The notes: a model not told the origin generated them from the sequence alone. Positions 49,207-57,746 are shown, counted from the stretch's first letter. The stretch is 64,000 nt of DNA from an uncultured Armatimonadetes bacterium (GCA_963716175.1 OY970296.1:384001-448000); one strand, 5' to 3'. Numbers and translations: made by a program.

Positions 49207-49259
49207 ATGCCACCTTGGGCAGGAGCCCGCCCGGGGCGGATGAACTCGCCTCCTGCCCA

Positions 49260-49268
49260 TGCTATAAT
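49260..49268 (+). promoter_or_regulatory. Extended -10 element for a probable leaderless mRNA
   Basis: TGCTATAAT 6 nt before ATG 49275; no Shine-Dalgarno. Confidence 0.6.
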
Positions 49269-49274
49269 CCCACC

Positions 49275-49616
49275 ATGCGCATCCCCCCGCAGGAGTTCGA
49301 GCGGCTGGTGGCCCAGGCGATCGAGTCGCTGCCGGCCGAGTTCCGCGAGAAGCTGGAGAACGTCGAGGTGATCATCGAGCAGCGATATCCGCCGGGGACG
49401 CCGCTGCTTGGCCTCTACTACGGGGTCCCGCTCACCCAGCGCTCGGTCTGGGCGGCCCACCTCCTCCCCGACCGCATCACCATCTTCCAGGGCCCGATCG
49501 AGTCCATCTGCCGCACCCGCGAGGAGATCGTCGCCCAGGTCCGCCGCGTCGTCCTCCACGAGATCGCCCACCACTTCGGCATCTCGGATCAGAGGCTGAG
49601 GGAATTGGGGTGTTAA
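49275..49616 (+). CDS. Zincin-like metallopeptidase (Zincin_1/DUF1025)
   Basis: LLGLYYGVPLTQR, PDRITIFQGPI, VLHEIAHHFG. Confidence 0.88.
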   Translation: MRIPPQEFERLVAQAIESLPAEFREKLENVEVIIEQRYPPGTPLLGLYYGVPLTQRSVWAAHLLPDRITIFQGPIESICRTREEIVAQVRRVVLHEIAHHFGISDQRLRELGC

Positions 49617-49677
49617 CCCTGGGGGCCACCTAAGGGGGCGTGAGGCACGCTTCTGCAGTACTCACCCAATCCCGCCC

Positions 49678-49755
49678 TGGCGCGCCTGGAGGGACTCGAA
49701 CCCCCGACACCCAGATCCGAAGTCTGGCGCTCTGATCCAACTGAGCTACAGGCGC
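49678..49755 (-). tRNA. tRNA-Arg(TCG)
   Basis: GCGCCTG acceptor stem, AGCTCAGTTGGATCAGAGC D-arm, CCAGA-CTTCGGA-TCTGG anticodon arm, GGTTCGAGTCC, encoded CCA. Confidence 0.95.
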
Positions 49756-49827
49756 GCGGCAAGAGTCTACCATACCTCGGGAGTTACAAACAAGGTGGAG
49801 ACGAGCGAGGCGGCCTGTGAGGCCTCG

Positions 49828-50298
49828 CTACTGCTTCGGTTCGATGGGAATCAGCAGGTCAAGCTCTGAGTCCGGGTTGTCCATGCCTTTGAAGCGAGCA
49901 TCGTAGAGCTGAAGCGAAAAGCTGCGGGCGATCTTGTAGGGCCCCGCGTCCAACCATGCGTTGATCCCGCGGTTCAGCGCATCGTAACCATGGTTGGGTT
50001 CACCCAGCCCGGGCCGTTGAGGGAACACCGCATAGAGGCCGGGAGGAAGCGGTTTCACGAACATGTCGTCCGGAACTCCCTCAATCTCGGTGACCTCGAC
50101 ACCCACCATGATGAAATAGGGCGTTCCTTCCGTGTGGCCCTTGGGGTAAACATGCAGCTCCCACCCAGCGCCAGGGATCCTGTGTTTGACCAGGTTCTCG
50201 CTCGGCGCGAACCTGTCCCACAAGACCCCGATGTCACCGCCGAATGAGACCATGCCGACCAGGAGTATCTCGCCCTTCTCGACGAGCTTTGGGTCCAT
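49828..50298 (-). CDS. GyrI-like small-molecule-binding protein
   Basis: KLVEKGEILLVG, IGVLWDRF, VGVEV, LPPGLYAVF, LYDARF, LLIPI; GAGGAGG RBS. Confidence 0.82.
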   Translation of the reverse strand: MDPKLVEKGEILLVGMVSFGGDIGVLWDRFAPSENLVKHRIPGAGWELHVYPKGHTEGTPYFIMVGVEVTEIEGVPDDMFVKPLPPGLYAVFPQRPGLGEPNHGYDALNRGINAWLDAGPYKIARSFSLQLYDARFKGMDNPDSELDLLIPIEPKQ

Positions 50299-50340
50299 CG
50301 CACCAGTCCTCCTCGCAGCAAGCACCCGCCGTCCTCCAGA

Positions 50341-50369
50341 TGTCATCCTGAGCGCCAGCGAAGGATCCA
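50341..50369. repeat. Single arm of a GTCATCCTGAGC...CGAAGGATC repeat
   Basis: TGTCATCCTGAGCGCCAGCGAAGGATCC, intergenic; recognised from memory as a widespread bacterial short palindromic repeat. Confidence 0.5.
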
Positions 50370-50452
50370 TTCGAGGGAGAGGCGCCCGCTAGGGCGACCC
50401 GCCATCGCCCGGAGGACCGGGCTCCCACGCGACGCGAATGACAGGGTGCGAC

Positions 50453-51850
50453 CTACGCCCCCCTCACCACCTCGATCCCGTTGAACTCGCAGAAGCTCTC
50501 CAGGGCGTCGGCGGCGGCCGGGTCGTGAATGAGCACACCGTGGTGGATGATGCCGTGCTCCACCATTTTCTGCTCCCAGTCCATCACGTCGTTGCACTTC
50601 ACCCAACCGTAGGAGCCGCGGACATCGGGCTTCGTGTCCACCACTTCCCCGCTGCCGATGAACATGGTGAACCAGCCATCGTATTCCACCAGCCGGCAGC
50701 AGGTGACGGGACCGGCCTTGAGCTTGAACTCGCGCGTGCCCCAGGAGGGCCGCAGCTGGAGGATGCTGTGCTGCATGATGCAGGGCCGGCAGCCCTCAGC
50801 GCAGATGCTGGGAGGCGCGTTGCCGCAGTGCCAGGCCAGCCACACGTTCTTCTTGGTCGGGTGCAGCTCAGTCCAGTCAATAAAATGGGGCGCGGTCTGC
50901 CCGAGGCCGGCGGCATAGGCCGCGACCATGCTGGCCGCGCCGTAGACATCCACCTCGCAGGCGCAGAGGATGCCCTGGTCGGTGAGCCGGCCCAGCACCG
51001 AGCAGACACAGATGCCATAGCGCTTCTGCACCTGCTCCCAGCAGTTCACCGCCAGCGCGTTCAGCTCTTTCTCTCGCGCCAGGCGGCGGAGGGCCACCTC
51101 CATGCGGGCGAGAGTGCTCACATACTCCTTCGCCTCCGGCGGGACATCCGCGGTCTGAGCGATCTCCCTGGCCGCCCTTCTCACCTCGGCCTCCTGGGCC
51201 TTGACTGAATCCAGCCGGGCGAAGATGTCGCCCAGGTCAATGGGTACTACGGTCTGGTTGAAATCACGCTGGAGAGAGGCCTCGTCCCACCATACTGACT
51301 CGAACTCCTCCGGCCGGGCGCCGAGCTGCCCGATACGAGCGCCGCGGAAGGCCTGAGTGGCGGCGCAGGCGCGCACGAACCGCGCTACCGCCTCTCCGAA
51401 CACCGGCTCCTCCGGGAAGCAAGTGGGGATGTGCTCGAACAGGATCTCGCGGCGGCGCAGGGCGGAAGTGATCATGAACTGCCCGCACCAGGAGTCGGAG
51501 GGACGAGTGCCATCCTCGGCTACCATGCCCTTGGTGGCGAAGTGCAGCACCGGGGTTCCCTTCGGCAGGCCGGCAATCGTGACTCCGACCGCGGAGGTCT
51601 CGTGGCCAAAGGTCATGCCGCCCACGATCACGCCCGCGATCTCATTATCCTGGAACAGCTTCAGGGTCTTCCGCGCCTCCGAGAGGTTGCGCACCAGGCC
51701 CTTGCCGGTCAGCTTCTCATCCGGCACCACCACCTGGAGGCCGGGGGTTGTCCTCATCACCCTGAGGCACCGCGCCCGCATCTCCGCAGCCCACTTCTCG
51801 CCAAACGGCACGCGGTGAGACGGTAGAAAGCCGATCTTCACTTTTCGCAT
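50453..51850 (-). CDS. L-fucose/L-arabinose isomerase family protein
   Basis: TFGHE, SDSWCG, ARIGQLGARP, CACEVDVYGA, WHCG, HHGVL. Confidence 0.82.
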   Translation of the reverse strand: MRKVKIGFLPSHRVPFGEKWAAEMRARCLRVMRTTPGLQVVVPDEKLTGKGLVRNLSEARKTLKLFQDNEIAGVIVGGMTFGHETSAVGVTIAGLPKGTPVLHFATKGMVAEDGTRPSDSWCGQFMITSALRRREILFEHIPTCFPEEPVFGEAVARFVRACAATQAFRGARIGQLGARPEEFESVWWDEASLQRDFNQTVVPIDLGDIFARLDSVKAQEAEVRRAAREIAQTADVPPEAKEYVSTLARMEVALRRLAREKELNALAVNCWEQVQKRYGICVCSVLGRLTDQGILCACEVDVYGAASMVAAYAAGLGQTAPHFIDWTELHPTKKNVWLAWHCGNAPPSICAEGCRPCIMQHSILQLRPSWGTREFKLKAGPVTCCRLVEYDGWFTMFIGSGEVVDTKPDVRGSYGWVKCNDVMDWEQKMVEHGIIHHGVLIHDPAAADALESFCEFNGIEVVRGA

Positions 51851-51888
51851 GGAGTTCCTCCTGAGTCCTAGTTTGCTCTTGGGGCGGC

Positions 51889-51910
51889 GCAGGTTGGGAA
51901 CCTGCCCTAC
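51889..51910 (-). repeat. Single REP GTAGGGCAGGTTCCCAACCTGC
   Basis: GTAG foot plus GCAGGTT/AACCTGC stem, 5 nt after the araB stop. Confidence 0.6.
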
Positions 51911-51915
51911 GGACC

Positions 51916-53580
51916 TCAGGCCCGCGAGCCGCGCTGGCGGGCCTTGATCCCCCGCAGCCGCTTCATCACGTCATTGCCCCCGCGCCCGAAATGATCGTGG
52001 AGCTGCAGGTACTCCCGGAACAGCTCCCCGTAGAGCTCGTGGTTCTTCGCATCAGGCCGATAGACGATATCGCGCACCCCGGCCATATGCTGAATCGCCT
52101 GATAGATGCTGTCGTGCCCGCCGCCGGCCTGCCGCGCCGCCACCGCCCCAAACATGGCCGCGCCCAGGGCCGAGGTCTGAGCGGAGCGCGCGAGCTTGAT
52201 CGAGCGTCCGGTGACATCGGCGAAGATCTGCATCAGCAAGGTGTTCTTCTCCGGCATGCCTCCACAGGCATAGAGCTCATCCACGGGGATGCCGTACTGC
52301 TCGAAGTTCTCGATGATCACCCGGGTCCCGAAGGCGATGGACTCGATCAGCGCCCGGTAGATCTCAGGCGGAGTGGTGTCCAGGGTGGCCCCCAACAGCA
52401 GGCCCGAGAGGTGAGTATCAACCAGCACCGAGCGGTTGCCGTTCCACCAATCCAGCGCCACCAGCCCGGACTCTCCAGGCCTGAGCTCTCGCGCCCGCGC
52501 CTCCAGCTCCTCGTGGGGATCGCGGCCTCCCAGATCCATCGGCGCCCAGTTGCGCACGAACCAGGCCAGGATGTCGCCGGCCCCGGACTGCCCGGCCTCG
52601 TAGCCGAAGCGCCCGGGCAGAATGCCATCCTCCACCACCCCGCACATCCCCGCCACCGGCTTCTGCTCCCGGCCCAGCAGCATGTGGCAGATGGAGGTGC
52701 CCATGATCATCAGCATCTTGCCCGCCTCACTGATCGCGGCCGCCGGCACCGCCACATGAGCGTCCACCTGGCCCACCGCCACTGGCGTGCCGACACGCAG
52801 GCCGGTCAGCTCGGCCATTTCCGGCGTGAGGCCGCCGGCACGCTCCTCCTGAGGAGAGACAGTGCGCAGCATCTTCTGGTCAATCACATGCTCCAGCCGC
52901 GGGTCGAGCGCGGCCAGAAACTGATCGCTGACGAAGCCCGTGCGCCTGTCGTAGATCGCCTTATAGCCTGCGGTGCACAGGTTCCGGGTCTCCCGGCCGG
53001 CGAGCTGCCAGACGATCCAGTCTGCGCCCTCGATCAGGCGGTCGGCCGCCGCGTACACCTCCGGGGCCTCGTCCAGAATCTGCCAGACCTTGGAGAAGAA
53101 CCACTCCGAGGAATACTTGCTGCCATAGCGCTGGAGCCAGGACTCGCCCCGCGCTTGGGCGATGGCGTTGATCTTGTCGGCTTCAGGCTGGGCCGCGTGG
53201 TGCTTCCAGAGCTTCACCCAGGCGTGGGGGCTGCTGCGCCACTCCGGCTTCAGGCAGAGCGGCGTGCCCTGAGCATCGGTGGGAAGCATGGTGCAGGAGG
53301 TGAAGTCAGTGCCGATGCCTACCACCTCCTGGGCCGAGACGCCGGAGGACTTCAGCACCGCCGGGATGGTCTGACGCAGGGCCTCGAGGTAATCGCGGGG
53401 GTTCTGCAGCGCCCAATCGGGTGGCAGGGGAGCGCCGCCGGGGAGGCTGCGGTCTATCACGCCATCGGCATAGGAATAGACCGCGGTCCCCACCTCCTCC
53501 CCCGTCTGCACATCAACCAGCAGCGCGCGCCCACTCTCGGTGCCGAAGTCCAGACCCAGGGAGTACTTGCGGCGAGACAT
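51916..53580 (-). CDS. araB: Ribulokinase
   Basis: GLDFGTESGRA, WVKLWKHHAAQ, SSEWF, CTAGYK, MGTSICH, LDWWNGNRS, HDHFGRGGNDVMK. Confidence 0.92.
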   Translation of the reverse strand: MSRRKYSLGLDFGTESGRALLVDVQTGEEVGTAVYSYADGVIDRSLPGGAPLPPDWALQNPRDYLEALRQTIPAVLKSSGVSAQEVVGIGTDFTSCTMLPTDAQGTPLCLKPEWRSSPHAWVKLWKHHAAQPEADKINAIAQARGESWLQRYGSKYSSEWFFSKVWQILDEAPEVYAAADRLIEGADWIVWQLAGRETRNLCTAGYKAIYDRRTGFVSDQFLAALDPRLEHVIDQKMLRTVSPQEERAGGLTPEMAELTGLRVGTPVAVGQVDAHVAVPAAAISEAGKMLMIMGTSICHMLLGREQKPVAGMCGVVEDGILPGRFGYEAGQSGAGDILAWFVRNWAPMDLGGRDPHEELEARARELRPGESGLVALDWWNGNRSVLVDTHLSGLLLGATLDTTPPEIYRALIESIAFGTRVIIENFEQYGIPVDELYACGGMPEKNTLLMQIFADVTGRSIKLARSAQTSALGAAMFGAVAARQAGGGHDSIYQAIQHMAGVRDIVYRPDAKNHELYGELFREYLQLHDHFGRGGNDVMKRLRGIKARQRGSRA

Positions 53581-53610
53581 ACCCCTCCTCTGCGGCGGCC
53601 GCGCCAGCCT

Positions 53611-54636
53611 TCAGAAGGTGACAGCTACGCGAATCGCCCCGTCCCCTCTTCGCTCTGCCAGCGCAAACGCCTCTCGCGCCCGCTCCGGCGGGAAGCGATG
53701 GGTGAGCAGGGGGCCCAGTGAGATGCGGCCCTCCCCCACCAGGGAGATCGCCTCCGGGAAGTTGCCGTTCTGGCGGCGCACGAAGCGCAAAGTCAACTCG
53801 TGCCGCCGGAGCGGGGGAGCGGAGAGCACGTACTCCTCCGCTGAGGGCACTCCGATCACGATCACCTGTCCTGCCGGCCTCGCCATGCCGATGCACTCCT
53901 GCAGCGCTTCTCCCGGCCCGGCGGCCTCGAAGGCAATATCCACTCCCCGCCCCTGAGTGGCCCGCAGCACCCGGTCAACCAGATCCCCGCCGCCGGCCGG
54001 GAACACTGCGTCCGCGCCCAGGCTCTGGGCGACCGCGAGGCGCTCCGGGATGAGGTCGGCGGCGAAGATCGTTTCTGCGCCTCGCAGCCGTGCCATCTGG
54101 AGGGTCAGCAGGCCAATCGCCCCACAGCCCACCACCGCCGCCACCGCCCCGGGCAGGCCGGCGCTCAGCTCTGTGGCATGCACCGCTACGGTCAGGGGCT
54201 CGATCAACGGGGCCTCGGTGAGGTCAAGTCTCTCCGGCAGGGGGAAGACCTGGGTCGCGGGCCACGCGAAAAGCTCCTGCATCGCCCCGTGCACAGGCGG
54301 GAGGTCCAGGAACCGGACATGCCGACATAAGTGGTAGTTGCCCATCGCGCACATATCGCAGGCCTGGCACGGGGCCGAAGGGTCTACCGTCACCGGCGCT
54401 CCTGGCCGGAAGGCGGAACCATTGGGGTCCTCCACGGTGGCGGCCACCTCGTGTCCGGGCACGAAGGGGCCATCCCACTTCACGCCGCCGATGCTTCCCT
54501 CAGCCCAGGCGTGGAGATCGGAGCCGCAGACGGTCACCGCGCGGGTGCGCAGCAGCACTTCGCCAGGCCCTGGCCTGGGCTCGGGCAGCTCGCCGAGGCG
54601 CAGATCACGGATTCCGTGTTGAAGGACAGCGCGCAT
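53611..54636 (-). CDS. Zn-dependent (MDR) polyol/sugar-alcohol dehydrogenase
   Basis: VCGSDLH, GHE, CQACDMC..YHLC, IEPL, GCGAIG. Confidence 0.88.
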   Translation of the reverse strand: MRAVLQHGIRDLRLGELPEPRPGPGEVLLRTRAVTVCGSDLHAWAEGSIGGVKWDGPFVPGHEVAATVEDPNGSAFRPGAPVTVDPSAPCQACDMCAMGNYHLCRHVRFLDLPPVHGAMQELFAWPATQVFPLPERLDLTEAPLIEPLTVAVHATELSAGLPGAVAAVVGCGAIGLLTLQMARLRGAETIFAADLIPERLAVAQSLGADAVFPAGGGDLVDRVLRATQGRGVDIAFEAAGPGEALQECIGMARPAGQVIVIGVPSAEEYVLSAPPLRRHELTLRFVRRQNGNFPEAISLVGEGRISLGPLLTHRFPPERAREAFALAERRGDGAIRVAVTF

Positions 54637-54680
54637 GGGTCCTGGCTACCTCGCTTCCAGGGCGCCGCCAGAGGCGGAGC

Positions 54681-54848
54681 CTAATCCTCGGCCATCTCCT
54701 CGAATAGCTCTTTGGGTACGCCGCACACAGGGCACACCCAGTCGTCGGGGACCTCCTCCCAGGGGGTGCCGGCAGGCACGCCGTTGTCCGGGTCTCCGAC
54801 CAAGGGATCATAGATATAGGGGCAGGCAGTGCATCGCCACTTGGACAT
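54681..54848 (-). CDS. Rubredoxin (55 aa; absent from the supplied ORF track)
   Basis: [55 protein letters not shown]; GAGGTG RBS. Confidence 0.95.
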   Translation of the reverse strand: MSKWRCTACPYIYDPLVGDPDNGVPAGTPWEEVPDDWVCPVCGVPKELFEEMAED

Positions 54849-54882
54849 CGTTGTCACCTCAGCAGCTACACCTGGTGCTCAG

Positions 54883-54911
54883 AAGCTATCAGGGGCGAAG
54901 GGCGCTGTCAA
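54883..54911 (-). promoter_or_regulatory. sigma70 promoter for rubredoxin
   Basis: TTGACA-17 nt-TAGCTT. Confidence 0.6.
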
Positions 54912-55013
54912 GGAGGACCAGCAGCCGCCCTGACCGCGACTCTACATGAAGCTCAGGCCTGTATAGTGCGGCCATGGCATAGCGCGCATGCCCGCCAGAT
55001 GCCCAGGCTTCCC

Positions 55014-55128
55014 AAAGGTGAGGCGGCAGACCGGGGGAGTCTGCCGCCTCGTGGTGGGGTGGGGTTTGGGGTGGGGTTAGCCTGTTACCTATGTGGACTC
55101 GTCGCCGCGAGCCTTTTTCCTAATCCGA
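55014..55128 (-). ncRNA. Candidate C-rich small RNA (~115 nt)
   Basis: Follows a consensus promoter; 5' hairpin, single-stranded CCCCACCCCAAACCCCACCCC, 12-bp terminal hairpin with a UCCCCCG loop, then ACCUUU; contains no ATG. Confidence 0.55.
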
Positions 55129-55134
55129 CAGAGG

Positions 55135-55163
55135 AGTATAACGGGACCCAGGGCGGCTGTCAA
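55135..55163 (-). promoter_or_regulatory. Near-consensus sigma70 promoter
   Basis: TTGACA (55163-55158)-17 nt-TATACT (55140-55135). Confidence 0.8.
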
Positions 55164-55230
55164 GGGGAGGGCGGAGATTATTCCAGGAAGCCCCCTGGAG
55201 GCGAGTTGGACGACGCCTGGCCCGCGGCGC

Positions 55231-55259
55231 TTGTCAGCGCGCGGCGTCTACGCTATACT
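55231..55259 (+). promoter_or_regulatory. Divergent sigma70 promoter for the 55312 gene
   Basis: TTGTCA-17 nt-TATACT. Confidence 0.7.
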
Positions 55260-55311
55260 TCATCATGGAGAGTTTCGCCAGCCACCGGGCTGCTGCAAGG
55301 AGGCGGGCCGC

Positions 55312-56475
55312 ATGGGCGGTCGCAGGCCACTAGCCAAAGCGGGTGGGGGGCCGGACAAGAAGGCCCGGCCGGCCTGGCTGGGCCTGTTGGAGCAGGTCAT
55401 CGTCCTCGCCGCAGTTGCAGCAGTCCTCAGCCTCACCTACCTGCTTTTCATCCTCATGTCCAACGGGTTGGCCGCGCCGATCATCGCGGGCTCTGCGCTG
55501 GAAGCGGTGGAGCGCAATGTCAGCATCGCGCGGCAGGCTTTCCTGTGGGGGCTGTGGGTGTTCGTGATCGCGGCTGGCATCCGGCATTACCGCACAGAGA
55601 GCATCGGCTACGCCACCGTCCTGATCGGAGCCGCTTGCTGGCTGTTGTTGCCCGCATTGGTGAGAAGCCATGTTCCCGGCACCAGCGCGCAGGACCTGCT
55701 GAACCTCGCCTATGGCATGGTGGAGAGCTTCCAGAGCTCCGGCGCGGCGATGATGGTGCTGGGCTTCCTTCGCGTGGTGATCGGGCGGGTGATCACCATC
55801 TCCAGCGCACCGCGGGGAGGGGCCGTTATCCGGGCGCCAGGGTTCGCCTCCGCCATCGCTCAGCTATCCGAGGAGCCAGCCGGCGGGCGGCCCTCGTTGC
55901 TGCGCAAGTGCTGGGAACTGCACTTCTGCCGCGGCAGCCTGCGGGTCAACTGCCCCCGCTATCTCGAGCAGAGGGCCTGCTGGAAGGCGCGCTCCGGCTG
56001 CTACTGCGATCAGGGGCTGGCCACCCGGCTGCTGAACACCGTCGGCACCAGGGCCAAGGTCCAGGTGGCGGAAGAGATGCAGGCGGTACAGAGCCGCGCC
56101 CGGCAGGCTGAGAGGCGGGCAGCGCCCGGTCGGCTGCCGCCGAAGGCGAAGAGGCGAAGGCCGCCCTGTGGAGAGTGCCCCATCTACCTCGATCATCAGA
56201 AGTTCAAGTACCGCGTGCTGTCGTGGCTGGCCTATCCGGCCGCGGCCGCCGTCATCGGCCTGGTGATGACACCACTGCGGGACGGATACGAGTGGCTGGA
56301 CAGCTACGTCGGCAAGAGCCTCTCCTCCACCATGCCGTCAATCCCCTACGCCCGGCCCTTCCAGGAGGCACAGTGGATCTCCGCGGAGAACGCGATCATC
56401 CTCATGGTCGGGGTGCTGGTGGCGGCCACCATCCTGCAGTTGACGGAGGTGGCGGTCTTTCGCCTGAAGCTATAG
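55312..56475 (+). CDS. Membrane protein with a Cys-rich CW-type domain
   Basis: AAGGAGG RBS; 4 N-terminal and 2 C-terminal TM helices; KCWELHFC-x7-CP-x7-CWKARSGCYC and CGECPIY. Confidence 0.75.
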   Translation: MGGRRPLAKAGGGPDKKARPAWLGLLEQVIVLAAVAAVLSLTYLLFILMSNGLAAPIIAGSALEAVERNVSIARQAFLWGLWVFVIAAGIRHYRTESIGYATVLIGAACWLLLPALVRSHVPGTSAQDLLNLAYGMVESFQSSGAAMMVLGFLRVVIGRVITISSAPRGGAVIRAPGFASAIAQLSEEPAGGRPSLLRKCWELHFCRGSLRVNCPRYLEQRACWKARSGCYCDQGLATRLLNTVGTRAKVQVAEEMQAVQSRARQAERRAAPGRLPPKAKRRRPPCGECPIYLDHQKFKYRVLSWLAYPAAAAVIGLVMTPLRDGYEWLDSYVGKSLSSTMPSIPYARPFQEAQWISAENAIILMVGVLVAATILQLTEVAVFRLKL

Positions 56476-56593
56476 GCCGAGCCTGGGCCTGAGCGATAGC
56501 TTGGCGCGCGGCGTCCGCCGCAGGCGGACGCCGCGTTCTGCGGGCGAGCCGGCCGCGGACCGCTCAGTTTCACGAGGGAAGGAGCTTGCGACT

Positions 56594-57733
56594 GTGGCCT
56601 ACGAGTTCAGATTGCCGGGAGTGACCCATTTTGGGTGGGGCGCGGTCGAGTGTGTGGGGCAGGAAGCGGCGCGGCTGGGGCGGCGTGCCATGCTGGTGAC
56701 CGGCCGCTCTGCCATGAAGCGCACCGGGGCGACCGATCGTGTGCTGCGGTTGCTGGCCGCCGCCGGAGTCACCGCTTCGGTCTACGACCAGATCGAGTCT
56801 GACCCCAGGGCGACCACCGTAGACCGGGCAGCCGGGATCGCACGGAGCGAATCCTGTGATCTGGTGATCGGGCTGGGAGGGGGCAGCCCGATGGACGCCG
56901 CCCGCGCCATCGCCGCCATGGCCCGCCTGCCGGGCTCGATCTACGACTACCTGGATGGCAAGGCCGTGGATCGGCCGGGGCTGCCTCTGATCAACATCGC
57001 CACCACCGCTGGCACCGCCAGCGAGATCACCGCGGTCACGGTGATCCTGGACGAGCGCCGACGGCTGAAGATGGGCCTCAAGAGCCCCTTCTGGTTCGCC
57101 CAGGCGGCCATCACCGACCCCGAGCTGACCATGACCATGCCGCCCGCGCTCACCGCCGCCACCGGACTCGATGCCCTTACCCATGCCATCGAGTCCTACC
57201 TCTCCACCCAGGCCACCCCGCCCAGCGAAGGACTGGCGCTACGAGCCATCGAGCTGGTTGGTGGCCATCTCCGCCAGGCCTTCGGGGATGGCAGCGATCG
57301 CGCGGCGCGAGAAGGCATGGCGCTGGCGAGCATGAGCGCCGGGATGGCTTTTGCCAACTCGGGCCTGGGCCTGGTGCATGGCCTGGTGCATCCCATCGGC
57401 GCCCGCTTTGGGGTGGCGCACGGGGAGGGCTGTGGGCGGTTGCTGCCTCACGTCATGCGCTTCAACCAGCCCAGGGTGCCCCAGAAGCTGGCGCGCGTCG
57501 GGCAGGCCCTGAGCGGCCGTCCTCTGGCCACCGCGGATGACGCGGTCACGGGCGTGGAGTCGCTGCTGCAAGACCTGCAGGTGCCCAGCGGGATCGGCGA
57601 CCTCCCCATCCCGCCAGAGGAGCTGCCAGCGCTGGCGAAAGACGGCCTGCTGGCCGGCGCGGTGAAGACGAACCCGCGCCCGGCGACCGCGGAAGAAGCG
57701 CTGGCCCTGCTGCAAGGGGCAAGCAAGCGGTAG
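56594..57733 (+). CDS. Iron-containing alcohol dehydrogenase
   Basis: GLGGGSPMD, TTAGTASE, DPELT, GLDALTHAIESY, GLVHGLVH, HGEG. Confidence 0.93.
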   Translation: MAYEFRLPGVTHFGWGAVECVGQEAARLGRRAMLVTGRSAMKRTGATDRVLRLLAAAGVTASVYDQIESDPRATTVDRAAGIARSESCDLVIGLGGGSPMDAARAIAAMARLPGSIYDYLDGKAVDRPGLPLINIATTAGTASEITAVTVILDERRRLKMGLKSPFWFAQAAITDPELTMTMPPALTAATGLDALTHAIESYLSTQATPPSEGLALRAIELVGGHLRQAFGDGSDRAAREGMALASMSAGMAFANSGLGLVHGLVHPIGARFGVAHGEGCGRLLPHVMRFNQPRVPQKLARVGQALSGRPLATADDAVTGVESLLQDLQVPSGIGDLPIPPEELPALAKDGLLAGAVKTNPRPATAEEALALLQGASKR

Positions 57734-57746
57734 TCCTGCCGGCCGG

